Origin: Poseidonia sp. | GTDB taxonomy: Archaea > Thermoplasmatota > Poseidoniia > Poseidoniales > Poseidoniaceae | Length of the DNA: 64,000 nucleotides | NCBI GenBank assembly: GCA_965661285.1 | Contig: CBFIDD010000003.1 | Span: forward strand, 128,001-192,000 | Direction: 5' to 3' | In this document: piece by piece, positions 1 through 9,487 of the stretch | Position numbering within the stretch: position 1 is the stretch's first letter | How the letters are laid out: every line of letters begins with the position of its first letter | The notes under the pieces: generated by a model | What the model was told of the DNA's origin: nothing | Seen by the model: only the letters and a program-made list of their open reading frames with translations | Databases searched by the model: none | Program-made: the position numbers and the translations under genes

Positions 1-1681
1 CGTAAATGGCCAGACCGATGATGAGGCAGCCAACGCCAAGGAGCATGGCTGCAGCGTACGGCGTTAATTCAAGCACACTCTGGTCGGAGGTGAGGAAGCC
101 ATAGATGTGGAGGGTGCCAGCCACGAGGATGATCATCCAGCTGCCTTTTTCGAAGAAAGCGGCCAAGAAACCGTGGGCACGAGCCACGTTGATGAAGCCG
201 AGAATGAAGCCGAACATCAGGTGAGCGATGCCCAAGTACACCGAGAGCAAAACGTACTCCGTAATGGAGCTCGTTGCTCGGTGGAACGGAATGTGCGTGT
301 AGTCCATTCGCAGCGTATCGGTGATGAACGCAGGGAAGTGGATGTTGTTGTATGTCCAGTCATAAAATGCTGCGAGAGGCGATGCGTCTCCCATCTGTCC
401 GGTGTTGTCCCATACGAAACCAAAGCCTTCTGCAAACAAAAAGCCCCAAATCATGCACCAAATGCCCATCCACTTGAGGATGGTGACGCCGTTTTTGGCC
501 ACGGGGTCGGCTGCGAACGGAAGCGTGCCCATCCACGTACCCAAGAGGAAGATAAGGAAACCATAGCCGAAGTCACCCAGTATGAGTCCGTAGATCATGG
601 GGAAGGTCATCATCAAGAAGAAGGTCGGGTCGAACGTCCCGTAGGCAGGGCGGCCGACCAAGCCGACAAGGAGCTCGAACGGCCGGGAGACGGTTCCGTT
701 TTCCAAGGCGACGGGAGGCGTTGGCTCATCGTGGTGGTCATCGTGGTCGTCGTGATGGTGATGGTCGTCCACAAAGGTTTCAATTTCGATGTGCGAAGCC
801 TTAGACTTCAGCGCTGATCGGACGCTCTCAGCCTTGCTGGACGGCACCCAAGCATCAAGCGCAAAGGCTTGGCCAGAGACCGCAAGTTGGGTCGGTGCCG
901 TGTGAATCTCGTCTTCTTTTGTGAGGTATTCGTGGATGGCCAGGATGTTTCGCCCGTTGTTGCGAGCCCATCGTTGAGCGTCCTCGGACGCCGAGAACAT
1001 GGTGCCTTCGACCTTGCTTCGCTTCGCCAGGAGGGATTTGAGTGCTTCATCGGGCGTTCCCCCCATGTTCGGGATTTGAACGGGCTTTCCACCGAGTTCG
1101 CCCAGAGCCATCTGAACTTCAGCGCCGTCCGATGGCAGGCAGGCAACAGCAACAATACCTGGCGCTGCAGCGAGTTCGACATTCTGTGCGAGCGACCCGA
1201 ACACCGTGCGGGCCTTGCTGGACTTCTTGGTCTCGGCCACGTAGACTTCAACACGGCTCGAGCCTGCGAGGAGGTCGAGGTCCATGTTGAGAGGAGCAAG
1301 GCGGCGCAGCAAGTGAATTTGCTCGTCAAGAACGGCCAATTCAGCTTCGGAATCTCGGTGCGTGTCGAGGAGGTCGAGCCCCTTTTGGAGTTCATCGGCG
1401 AAGGAGCCCTCGAGCAGTTCCTTGACACGGCGAAGAGGAACGGGGCCATCGGTGTTCACGGGATTGAAGGCCGAAATGGCTGCTCGAACCTTGGCCAGCA
1501 AGGAACTGATGCGGTTGGCCTCCTCGGAGGTGCTCGCATGGCCGACATTGACGCCGTCTTCGAAGTTGGTGTAGGACTCGATGTGGACGCATCCCAACTC
1601 GGTGCAGGTCCGAAGCACGTCCGCCATACGGTCAACAGGTGCTGCGACCGTAAGACGAGACATGGCGACCGTGTCAAACAT
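1..1681 (-). CDS. atpI: A/V-type ATP synthase subunit I (a), 3' end runs off the window
   Basis: Not in the ORF track. Manual translation from ATG 1681 gives MFDTVAMSRLTVAAPVDRMADVLRTCTELGCVHIE; later PPVALENGTVSRPFELLVGLVGRPAYGTFDPT followed by TM helices, typical of NtpI/AtpI. Follows subunit H. Confidence 0.9.
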   Translation of the reverse strand, partial: MFDTVAMSRLTVAAPVDRMADVLRTCTELGCVHIESYTNFEDGVNVGHASTSEEANRISSLLAKVRAAISAFNPVNTDGPVPLRRVKELLEGSFADELQKGLDLLDTHRDSEAELAVLDEQIHLLRRLAPLNMDLDLLAGSSRVEVYVAETKKSSKARTVFGSLAQNVELAAAPGIVAVACLPSDGAEVQMALGELGGKPVQIPNMGGTPDEALKSLLAKRSKVEGTMFSASEDAQRWARNNGRNILAIHEYLTKEDEIHTAPTQLAVSGQAFALDAWVPSSKAESVRSALKSKASHIEIETFVDDHHHHDDHDDHHDEPTPPVALENGTVSRPFELLVGLVGRPAYGTFDPTFFLMMTFPMIYGLILGDFGYGFLIFLLGTWMGTLPFAADPVAKNGVTILKWMGIWCMIWGFLFAEGFGFVWDNTGQMGDASPLAAFYDWTYNNIHFPAFITDTLRMDYTHIPFHRATSSITEYVLLSVYLGIAHLMFGFILGFINVARAHGFLAAFFEKGSWMIILVAGTLHIYGFLTSDQSVLELTPYAAAMLLGVGCLIIGLAIY

Positions 1682-1690
1682 GGTATCGCC

Positions 1691-2008
1691 TCATTGGGAT
1701 GAAAGTGCGTCGATGACGAGTTGGACAGCGGCGTCCTGGTTGCTGGCGGAGTTGGATTCAATGCTGCTCACATCTCCAGCCCCTTTGGCTTTGACTTGGT
1801 CGGCTTCCCCTTGGGCATTGGCCCGGGCATCATCAAGGATTTTCTGCGTCATGGCGACGGTTTCATCAGCTGCGTCTTGAACCATTTCAGAGGCCTTTCG
1901 ACGGGCGTCTGCCAAGATTTTCGAGGCTTCTTCTTGGGCTTCGGAAAGACGCTTTTCTGCGTCTCGTTCCGCTGTTTTGATGCTTCGAAGGACCTCAGAC
2001 ATACCCAT
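1691..2008 (-). CDS. atpH: A-type ATP synthase subunit H (peripheral stalk)
   Basis: About 105 aa charged coiled coil (SEVLRSIKTAERDAEKRLSEAQEEASKILADARRKA), directly upstream of subunit I. Confidence 0.8.
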   Translation of the reverse strand: MGMSEVLRSIKTAERDAEKRLSEAQEEASKILADARRKASEMVQDAADETVAMTQKILDDARANAQGEADQVKAKGAGDVSSIESNSASNQDAAVQLVIDALSSQ

Positions 2009-2044
2009 GAAGAACACCTAGTGATTTTCGCACTGGAAGGGGGT

Positions 2045-2854
2045 TTAAGAGTCTAACGGGATGCTTGCTTGGGCTTCCTTTTCGGGCTTGGTGCCACGGA
2101 AGCGACTGGCCATGCCAAAAGGATACAGAAGACGCCCTTGCACGTTTTGAAATCCAACGTTTTTCATCATGGCACGGTAGTATCCGTTGGTCCCGTAATG
2201 TGTGTAACTGCGGGCGAGTCCTTTCCAGGGGTGATCTTTCTCGCCGGTGATGATACGGGCCAAGACTTGAACCACGCTGTTCATCCAGAGGTAGCCGAAG
2301 AAACCGTGCAATTTGTTGGCCTTTCCAGCGTCGCAAATGACCAAGCGCCCGCCAGGTTTCAACACCCGATAAATCTCACGAAGACCTTGTTCTTTGTCTT
2401 TGAAGTCGCGGAACGAGAACAGACAAAACACCATGTCGAAGGCATCATCTGGCAGAGGAATATCTTCAGCGATGGCTTCGACATAGGTCGCAGGACCCTC
2501 ACCCCGCTTGGCGCGGGCACCGTCAACCCGAGGCTGAGCCGTTGCCAGCATCTCTGGCGATGGGTCGAGACATGTCAACTCCATACCGACCAAATCCTCT
2601 GCGAAGGAACCTGGACCGCAGCCGACCTCGAGGACCTTCATTCCGGGTTTGGCGTGGTTTCTGATGTTCCTTCTCCAGCGCTTATCCTGTCCGAACGTCA
2701 TCCATTTGTTGACGCGGTCGTAGTTGGGGATGGTCGCCTCAAGTTGTCCCTCGAGTTCCTCCCATGCATCAGCGTCAATGCCGGACGGGTCGTATCCTCC
2801 GGTGGCAGCGCGCTTCCCCATGGAGGGTTGCGCACGCCCGACCGTTTTGGACAT
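2045..2854 (-). CDS. UbiE/MenG-family SAM-dependent methyltransferase
   Basis: YDRVNKWMTFGQDKRWRR, VLEVGCGPG SAM motif, EIYRVLKPGG. Start moved to ATG 2854. Confidence 0.8.
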   Translation of the reverse strand: MSKTVGRAQPSMGKRAATGGYDPSGIDADAWEELEGQLEATIPNYDRVNKWMTFGQDKRWRRNIRNHAKPGMKVLEVGCGPGSFAEDLVGMELTCLDPSPEMLATAQPRVDGARAKRGEGPATYVEAIAEDIPLPDDAFDMVFCLFSFRDFKDKEQGLREIYRVLKPGGRLVICDAGKANKLHGFFGYLWMNSVVQVLARIITGEKDHPWKGLARSYTHYGTNGYYRAMMKNVGFQNVQGRLLYPFGMASRFRGTKPEKEAQASIPLDS

Positions 2855-2876
2855 GTCGTTTGCGCCACAGCGCACA

Positions 2877-3680
2877 TCAAGCGATACGTTCCACGGTTTC
2901 TGGCGTAATGCCTTCTTCGGGTGTAACACGGAAGACGAGGATCTTCAGATTCTCCGGAGCGTTGCGGAATTTTGAGACGATCATTGAGTTCTCAAAGTCC
3001 GTACCGATGGTTCGAACCTTGAACGAGAGCACCATGTCGGCGATGGAGGACAATTCTTGTTTCACGACCGGGTCAAGACCGTCGGTCGAAACCGAGATCA
3101 TCAACAGACCTCGCACCATTTGGGCGTGTGCTTGAAGCATACGGACCATGGAGATGACCCGAGCAGGGTCCTCACGCTGGAGAAAGAAATCGAGGTTGTC
3201 AACGACAGCCCGGAAGTATGGGCCAAGGCCCATGATTTCGTTGGTGACTTCGGTCAGGTAATCCTGGCTGCTGTCATCCACAAATCGGGTCTGCGCCAAT
3301 CGTTGAATGTCGGCAAGTTGGAATCCCTCAAGGCGATACCTGCTTGCAAGAAGATCACGCTCCAAAACGTTCGCATTGTATTCCTCGCCGATGGTTCGGA
3401 CATTGATATCAAGCGGCCAGCCGTATTTCTTGAAGATTCGAATAATCTCCTGCTGCCCTTCGTCGGTCGCGATGTAGAGCGTGTTTTCGGGCTCCTCGGC
3501 CGGCGAGGTGAATTGTTTGGCGAACAGCTCGCTGCCCGAACCTGTTTCGGTGAAGGCGATCATCGTGAAACCACGAGGGACACCGCCGCGCATTTCGTTG
3601 TCGAACTTCGGAACACCAAACGAGCCAACGCTGCCAAAAAACTCCTCGTCCTCTGGGTCAAATGTCATCTTTCTTGCCAT
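2877..3680 (-). CDS. RAD55/KaiC-like RecA-fold protein with degenerate Walker A
   Basis: GVPKFDNEMRGGVPRGF, TETGSGSE in place of GxxGxGKT, IADMVLSF, VSKFR; GAGGTGA SD upstream. Confidence 0.75.
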   Translation of the reverse strand: MARKMTFDPEDEEFFGSVGSFGVPKFDNEMRGGVPRGFTMIAFTETGSGSELFAKQFTSPAEEPENTLYIATDEGQQEIIRIFKKYGWPLDINVRTIGEEYNANVLERDLLASRYRLEGFQLADIQRLAQTRFVDDSSQDYLTEVTNEIMGLGPYFRAVVDNLDFFLQREDPARVISMVRMLQAHAQMVRGLLMISVSTDGLDPVVKQELSSIADMVLSFKVRTIGTDFENSMIVSKFRNAPENLKILVFRVTPEEGITPETVERIA

Positions 3681-3691
3681 GCATCATCACC

Positions 3692-4276
3692 TCAGAGCAG
3701 GACCACCTGGCCACGATCGATCAAATCGGTGCAATATGTGTCGAGATTCGCAAGGACCAGCGGAGGCGTTTGGTCGGGGACATTGAGCATCACCGAAAGC
3801 ACCTCGCGTTGACGGAACGTGTTGATGAAGGTGTGAAGATACTCTGCGAGCATCCGGTCGTCGTTGTAAATAGCGAGCGCATTGACGCTGTCGAGGAAGA
3901 CGAAGTTGCGTGCGTTGCTGACCGTTCGCAGCGTGTAGAGGCTGCGCAACAAAATACTCTCGAGCATGATGGGGCTGTCGATGAAGGTGATGTTCGAATA
4001 GGGCACATCGGTTCCACCAAGCACACCTGATGACACCAAATCGAGGAAATGAATGCCCGAGACATCCACACCGATGGACTCGAAGGCCTGAATGATTTCC
4101 ACTGCGCCCCGGCTCGCCGAAATGTACACGCCGCCCATCTCAAACATCTGCATAAGAGGAATCATGGTGCTTGCGGTAACAGCAAAGGAATTACTCGCAC
4201 TCATTCGGACCTGAACAGAACTCCCCAAGGAGACCTGCGTCAGTTGCTCTGCGATTTGCTGGTCAAGTTCGAACAT
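3692..4276 (-). CDS. Small, probably inactive RecA/KaiC-like fold protein
   Basis: GVYISASRG, IHFLDLVS, FVFLDSVNAL (Walker-B-like), no Walker A; lies between two KaiC-like genes. Confidence 0.55.
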   Translation of the reverse strand: MFELDQQIAEQLTQVSLGSSVQVRMSASNSFAVTASTMIPLMQMFEMGGVYISASRGAVEIIQAFESIGVDVSGIHFLDLVSSGVLGGTDVPYSNITFIDSPIMLESILLRSLYTLRTVSNARNFVFLDSVNALAIYNDDRMLAEYLHTFINTFRQREVLSVMLNVPDQTPPLVLANLDTYCTDLIDRGQVVLL

Positions 4277-4278
4277 GT

Positions 4279-5070
4279 TCACTGCCCCCATCTGGATGTC
4301 GTATCGGCTGATGCGCCCCATTTGAGCATCGGAATGAGCATGACGCCCAATGGCGTCAGTTCAATGGCGTGTTTTGCCCGACTGTGAGACGTCCCTCGCA
4401 TCTTGACCACCTGCAAAAATCGGAGAAGGTGACCCATCCGTTCGGAGTCACCCATGACGATGATGCCGTCAGCGATGGCTTCTTCAACACCAAACGAGGA
4501 CCAGTGGGCGTTTTCGGTCGCCGAGGTGATCTCCGAGATGAGGATGGTCGTGCAACCAAGCGTAGCCAATTTTTTACCCAGCGTGAACAAGAAATCACGA
4601 ATCAGTTGCTCAGACTTAATTTTGTAACACAGGGTGGTCACCGAATCGATCACCAGGCGCGTTACACCGATGGTGTTGACAATGTCGACAATTGATTTGA
4701 TGAGGGCGTGAACGTCGTCAAGGTCAAACGATGCTTTCTCAAGACCCAACCAAGAATAAAGAACGTCCATGTCAAAGACGTTGATGAGGCCAGAATCCAC
4801 CATGTTCATGTCAAAAAAGGCATACTGGCGGATGTTTTCAAGCAATTTCACAGAGGGTTCGGTCGCCGTAAAATGGGCGCAAGCCTCGCCTGCAAGGGCG
4901 CCACGAACCAAGAATTCCATTGCGAGCGTGGTTTTCCCAGAACCGCACGTTCCAGCAGCCAGCACGGTCGAGCCGTACGGAATGCCGCCGCGCAAAATCT
5001 CATCCAGTCCATGGATGCCCGTCACGCATCGGTCTCGGGTGTAAACGCTCGTCGGTTGCATGGGGAACAT
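4279..5070 (-). CDS. KaiC-like single-domain ATPase (RAD55/KaiC family)
   Basis: TGIHGLDEILRGGIP, Walker A GTCGSGKT, RLVIDSVT, GVEEAIADGII, VVKMRG. Start at ATG 5070 or 5061. Confidence 0.88.
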   Translation of the reverse strand: MFPMQPTSVYTRDRCVTGIHGLDEILRGGIPYGSTVLAAGTCGSGKTTLAMEFLVRGALAGEACAHFTATEPSVKLLENIRQYAFFDMNMVDSGLINVFDMDVLYSWLGLEKASFDLDDVHALIKSIVDIVNTIGVTRLVIDSVTTLCYKIKSEQLIRDFLFTLGKKLATLGCTTILISEITSATENAHWSSFGVEEAIADGIIVMGDSERMGHLLRFLQVVKMRGTSHSRAKHAIELTPLGVMLIPMLKWGASADTTSRWGQ

Positions 5071-5132
5071 ACCGAAGGAACAGGCTTGGGTTGATGAAGT
5101 GTGCGGAAAGCACGAGACAGTCCCTTCCCGAT

Positions 5133-6212
5133 TCAAGCGGTGTGTTCCCCTGGACTCGGTTCGTCCTCCAAGGACCACGAGGTGGCGGCGAAACGGTCCT
5201 CTCCGTCCCAAATGAGCGTCTGCCCCGTGACCATGAACAGCTGGGTGTCGCCTCCCCACTCAACACGCACCACATCGGAGGGTGTAATTTCATCCAGTTG
5301 CGTGTAGCGTAGGCTCAGCATCCCTCGCCCGTTGGCCAAACCGTCGAGTTGACCCACACCGAGAAAGCCCAGAGAGCCCAGGTCGATGACGTGCGTGGCG
5401 TTTCCAACATCCTGTGAAGAAGCGTCGCCGGTGAACAGGGAGAGCGATTGGCCGGAAAGGACGCCGGACTGCAGCAACACATTGCTGGATGAGGAACCGG
5501 AGGTGTGGTTGAACGACCACCCCTTCAAGGCGACAGCAAAGTCGTTTGGGTTTTCCACTTCAATCCACTCCGGTCCGCTTGACGAAGGACGAGCCATCAC
5601 TTCGGTGATATGGAGCACGTTGCTTTTCCGACCGCCGTCGTGCACTTCCAAAATTACTCGAATCAATTCTCCGTCTTGTTGGAAGGAGCGGTACGCCGTG
5701 GACGAGGAAGGCGCCGTGCCGCGTTGTGTTCCACCTTCAAATAAGGCGAGGGAGGTGCGGTTTTCTTGCGTGCTCTGAGCGACCACGATGGTCAAGTGAA
5801 GACTCATGTCGGCATCAAGGCCAAGCCCAGCAGCCATGCCGTCCTCCGTCACGTTGTGAAGGGCATTCACTCGGTCCATATCCAATCGTTGGTCAACAAC
5901 CAACCCCGGTTGGACCCTGCCCTCATGAAGGGCTTCAGCGGACACCGTGTGCCAATTCGCTGAGGCATTGCTGTAATCCAATCCGTCCGAATAGGGTACG
6001 AACCAACCCTCTCCCGACGTCAGCCGATCAAGCCCCAAGGAGGCCGCACGGTCGAGCCGGTCGACGGCGGGATCGTTGGAACCCATTTGGAGTTGGGCGA
6101 GGGAGAGGAACGCCGTGAGAATCATGAGGAAGAGCGTGAAGGCGGAGAGGAACTCGATCACGGCCGTGAGGGCGCCTTCTTCCCGTTCACGATGAAGGGA
6201 ACTTCGGCGCAT
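5133..6212 (-). CDS. Lamin-tail-domain protein with pilin-like (class III signal-like) N-terminus
   Basis: REEGALTAVIEFLSAFTLFLMILTAFLSLA at the N-terminus; LTD signature LHITEVMARP...PEWIEVENP...LKGWSF. Start moved to ATG 6212. Confidence 0.65.
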   Translation of the reverse strand: MRRSSLHREREEGALTAVIEFLSAFTLFLMILTAFLSLAQLQMGSNDPAVDRLDRAASLGLDRLTSGEGWFVPYSDGLDYSNASANWHTVSAEALHEGRVQPGLVVDQRLDMDRVNALHNVTEDGMAAGLGLDADMSLHLTIVVAQSTQENRTSLALFEGGTQRGTAPSSSTAYRSFQQDGELIRVILEVHDGGRKSNVLHITEVMARPSSSGPEWIEVENPNDFAVALKGWSFNHTSGSSSSNVLLQSGVLSGQSLSLFTGDASSQDVGNATHVIDLGSLGFLGVGQLDGLANGRGMLSLRYTQLDEITPSDVVRVEWGGDTQLFMVTGQTLIWDGEDRFAATSWSLEDEPSPGEHTA

Positions 6213-6368
6213 GCACTGACCACGCCTGCACAATTCATGAGGTTGCCGCATGAAACAGCGGCCCGCTCCCCAACTGCTCTTCCCCTGCCAACTCCCAAAC
6301 CCGGGAGAAACACTCGGAGAAGGGCCATGGGAAGCGATGAGTCTTTGAATCACGGATGGAAGGACATT

Positions 6369-9323
6369 ATGATGACCGAGCGAAAGCAACGCGAGATTTC
6401 CCACCGCAGAACCAGCCTTGGTTTCGTGTTCATGCTGTTGTTATCCACGCTTGGCGTTCTCTCGACCGTACCCACCTCAAGCGCCAACTTGACCGGCTCA
6501 CTAAGCGTTTCGAGCAGCTCATCCCCTCTACCAGATGCGTGGTATTCATCCTTTGAGAGCATCGGTTTTGAAGCCCAGGTCACCAACAATTACGCAAGTC
6601 CTTCGGGAGCCTCCCGCACCCTGATGTGGTACGCCTGCGAGGGGAACATTTCGGTTGCATCGTGCAAATCCGTGTATGAGGCAACGGGTCAGTTCAATTT
6701 AGGTGATATCCAAGGTCAATCCACAACGTCGGTAACCTCACCGGCATTGTGGATTCCTGGCCAAGGCGCTGAAGGCATTTTCACCATCGTTTTCAGCTTC
6801 AATCAAAACGACCAATCTCCAGCCGATGACCAGTACCGATTTAACATAAACATCACCAATGACTTTGTTGACATCATCGCCGACACTGGCCACAACCCAC
6901 TGGAACACCTGCAGAACCTTGCCGTCTACGATGGTGAAAGCGTCTTGAACACCGGAACGGAATATGTCTTCAAAGCCAAAGGCCAGTCCACGCTGTGCGG
7001 GCTGTGCGCATTCTCAGGCGAGTTTGGTTGGCAGTTGTGGGACGCAAACGAAGCCATGATGCTCAAGGAAGCCTACACCACGGTCTCCAACCTACCCGCC
7101 TGGGGCGGTTATGACCCATACAACATCAACCTCCCTGCGTTCAGCCACGCACAAGAGGGTCGTTATGTCCTAAGGTTTGGGCTGTTCAGCAGCACCGGGA
7201 ACCCGTACGGTGATCTTAACCCGGGCAACAACTTGGCCACGTTCGACATCGTGCTCAACGATAACATTGATCTCAAAATAGTGGATGTGTTCCCGAGCCA
7301 CAACCCTGAATCGACGCAATTCTACTACGGCTCTGAAAGGGTTGTCGCCTCCTTTGCCAACCTCGGAAACATGTCTGTGGAAAACATCACGGTTTCTTAC
7401 GATGTTTACGACGGGCAATTCACGCTTGAAGTCGAGGACAGTTGTGACATCAACGTTCTGCATCCAGGAGAAACCGTGGACTGTAAATTCAACATGACGA
7501 CGACCGGAAGTGATCGATTGATTCGCATTCAAATGCCCACCATCTACCAAAACGGAGAGGACGTACGAATGGGCGACAACCTCTACACGCTTGATGTTGA
7601 TGTGCAAGTGGGTGCCATCAATCCAACGATCCAGACGAACGCAGTTGACAACCTGTACCTCACCAGCGATGATGTTGAACTGGTGGGCCGTTTCAGCACG
7701 ATTGCTTCCCAACCGCTCAACTACACCTGGCGAGAAGGTTTCTACATTTGGGGCTACGGCCAGGTATTGAACCGAACTGGAGAGGCGTTCGGACTTGGAC
7801 ACCACAATCTGACTTTGATAGTCTCCGACCCGTGGGGCGAAACCGAAGTCGCCTACGTAGAATTTGATGTTTTGAATTCGATCAATCTCACATTGGATCC
7901 GTTCTTCACGGGCGTCGCCATTACCGAGGAAGAGGCAGGTTTCACGCATGACATCTTTCTCCCCCAACTTGGCAAAAATTACGGCATCGGGGGAGGTGAT
8001 TCCCCTCTCATGCTGATCTCTGTCGATGTGCAGGCACTCACAGCAGAGGACCCGGGGCTACGTATGCTGGACTTGAATCTGAATTTGTCAGCCATTCTTC
8101 CAGATAACATTGACCTGACCACCGTCGACCTCCGCTACCTCCCCACAACCGAGAGCGTGACGTGGGAATTCCTCGATGGCGTGGACAGCTACACCTTTGG
8201 ACCGGACTCAGAGCGTGTCGAGATTTCAATGACCAAAGACGGTGTTATCATGCTCATCGGCGTGCTTCCGACCACCAACGTCACGGCCGAGGATGTTGCG
8301 TGGACACAACTTAGGGACGGCCAGATTCAACTGGATTGGACGCCTGCTGGCGACATCAACAACCCCTACGTGGGCGGATGGAACATCTACAAGATAGCAG
8401 GCATTACTGGCACGACGGTCTTCCCCGAAACGGCTGGCGGCGTGAACGAGAACATCTGGGAGGAATTGACCCTTGACAGTCTTGTCACCACGTTGCCCCT
8501 CACCGACCAGACATGGCTTGACCCCGACCGCTTGGAAACTGGCATTTGTGCCTCCTATGCCATCATTCCCATCGATCGCGAGGGCAACGCGAACCTCCAA
8601 ATGGCCAACATCACCCGTGTGGACGGAGTAGCAGGCCAGCTGTGCGGCGACGCCATTCCGCCCTCGACGTCCTTGGTTGACCTCACCCACACCTGGACGT
8701 TTACCAACAGCACCGACTGCTATGAACAAGAGCAGGATTGGTCCGTCTGCTACGCGGTCGACCTTTCGTGGACGTGGCCCCCCCACGAGGCACAAGGCAA
8801 CGTGACATGGAACCTCTACCGTATTGAAATGCGACCCGACAATGTCGACCTGCGATTTATTGAACCGATTCTCGAAGGCATCGAAGGTGTACCTGGCGAA
8901 ACGGGAAGACTCACGCAAACCGGACTTGAACGCAACGGCGTGCAACCCTACCGCACCTACTACTACGTCTTCACACCCATCGATAGCGTCGGCAATGAAT
9001 TGGTGACTGCCGATTACCCCTCCGAAAACATCGAGCGTGTCCACATCGACGACGATTGGTGGTCCTACAACCAACACCTCATCCCACCCGAGCCCGAGCC
9101 GCCCGAGCCACCCTTGGGTATTGACTGGCTTCAGGATTTAAACGATGCCATGCAGGTCTCGGAATTCCAAACGGCTGGTTATGTCCTCTTGGCGACCATT
9201 GTCCTCAACTTCCTTCTGCTTCCGCTCCTTCTCAAACAACGCAAGCGACTCAAGCGAATCCTTGACGCCAGAAAGCGCAACAGCGCCGCTGCAATGAACG
9301 AGTTTGACGACTTCTTCGAGTGA
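6369..9323 (+). CDS. Large secreted, C-terminally anchored surface protein (CARDB/FN3-like domains)
   Basis: Signal peptide, NLGN CARDB-like segment, two FN3-like units (QLDWTP..WNIYK..YAIIPIDREGN; DLSWTW..WNLYR..YVFTPIDSVGN), PEPEPPEPP linker, TM helix and basic tail. Confidence 0.65.
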   Translation: MMTERKQREISHRRTSLGFVFMLLLSTLGVLSTVPTSSANLTGSLSVSSSSSPLPDAWYSSFESIGFEAQVTNNYASPSGASRTLMWYACEGNISVASCKSVYEATGQFNLGDIQGQSTTSVTSPALWIPGQGAEGIFTIVFSFNQNDQSPADDQYRFNINITNDFVDIIADTGHNPLEHLQNLAVYDGESVLNTGTEYVFKAKGQSTLCGLCAFSGEFGWQLWDANEAMMLKEAYTTVSNLPAWGGYDPYNINLPAFSHAQEGRYVLRFGLFSSTGNPYGDLNPGNNLATFDIVLNDNIDLKIVDVFPSHNPESTQFYYGSERVVASFANLGNMSVENITVSYDVYDGQFTLEVEDSCDINVLHPGETVDCKFNMTTTGSDRLIRIQMPTIYQNGEDVRMGDNLYTLDVDVQVGAINPTIQTNAVDNLYLTSDDVELVGRFSTIASQPLNYTWREGFYIWGYGQVLNRTGEAFGLGHHNLTLIVSDPWGETEVAYVEFDVLNSINLTLDPFFTGVAITEEEAGFTHDIFLPQLGKNYGIGGGDSPLMLISVDVQALTAEDPGLRMLDLNLNLSAILPDNIDLTTVDLRYLPTTESVTWEFLDGVDSYTFGPDSERVEISMTKDGVIMLIGVLPTTNVTAEDVAWTQLRDGQIQLDWTPAGDINNPYVGGWNIYKIAGITGTTVFPETAGGVNENIWEELTLDSLVTTLPLTDQTWLDPDRLETGICASYAIIPIDREGNANLQMANITRVDGVAGQLCGDAIPPSTSLVDLTHTWTFTNSTDCYEQEQDWSVCYAVDLSWTWPPHEAQGNVTWNLYRIEMRPDNVDLRFIEPILEGIEGVPGETGRLTQTGLERNGVQPYRTYYYVFTPIDSVGNELVTADYPSENIERVHIDDDWWSYNQHLIPPEPEPPEPPLGIDWLQDLNDAMQVSEFQTAGYVLLATIVLNFLLLPLLLKQRKRLKRILDARKRNSAAAMNEFDDFFE

Positions 9324-9324
9324 T

Positions 9325-9411
9325 TGGCGCGGCAGGGGAGATTCGAACTCCCGAGGTGAGACACCACTGGATTAGCAATCCAGCGCAATGGCCAGGCTAT
9401 GCGACTGCCGC
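9325..9411 (-). tRNA. tRNA-Ser(GCT), CCA encoded
   Basis: Reverse complement GCGGCAG...CTGGA-TTGCTAA-TCCAG, long variable arm, GTTCGAATC T-loop, CTGCCGC-G-CCA; acceptor stem pairs perfectly. Confidence 0.96.
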
Positions 9412-9487
9412 TCGCATCTCGCCCACCTGCGGTCTTCTCATGAAGATGACGGTGCTCGATGGCGGGCTGTTCACCAGCACAATCGTA

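Noticed and set aside
2877-5070. Cyanobacterial-type circadian clock
   Set aside because: Single-domain proteins, no KaiA/KaiB and no CII Ser/Thr phosphosite motif.
9325-9411. tRNA as an integration site
   Set aside because: No duplicated tRNA 3' end or integrase noticed; the flanks are ordinary genes.
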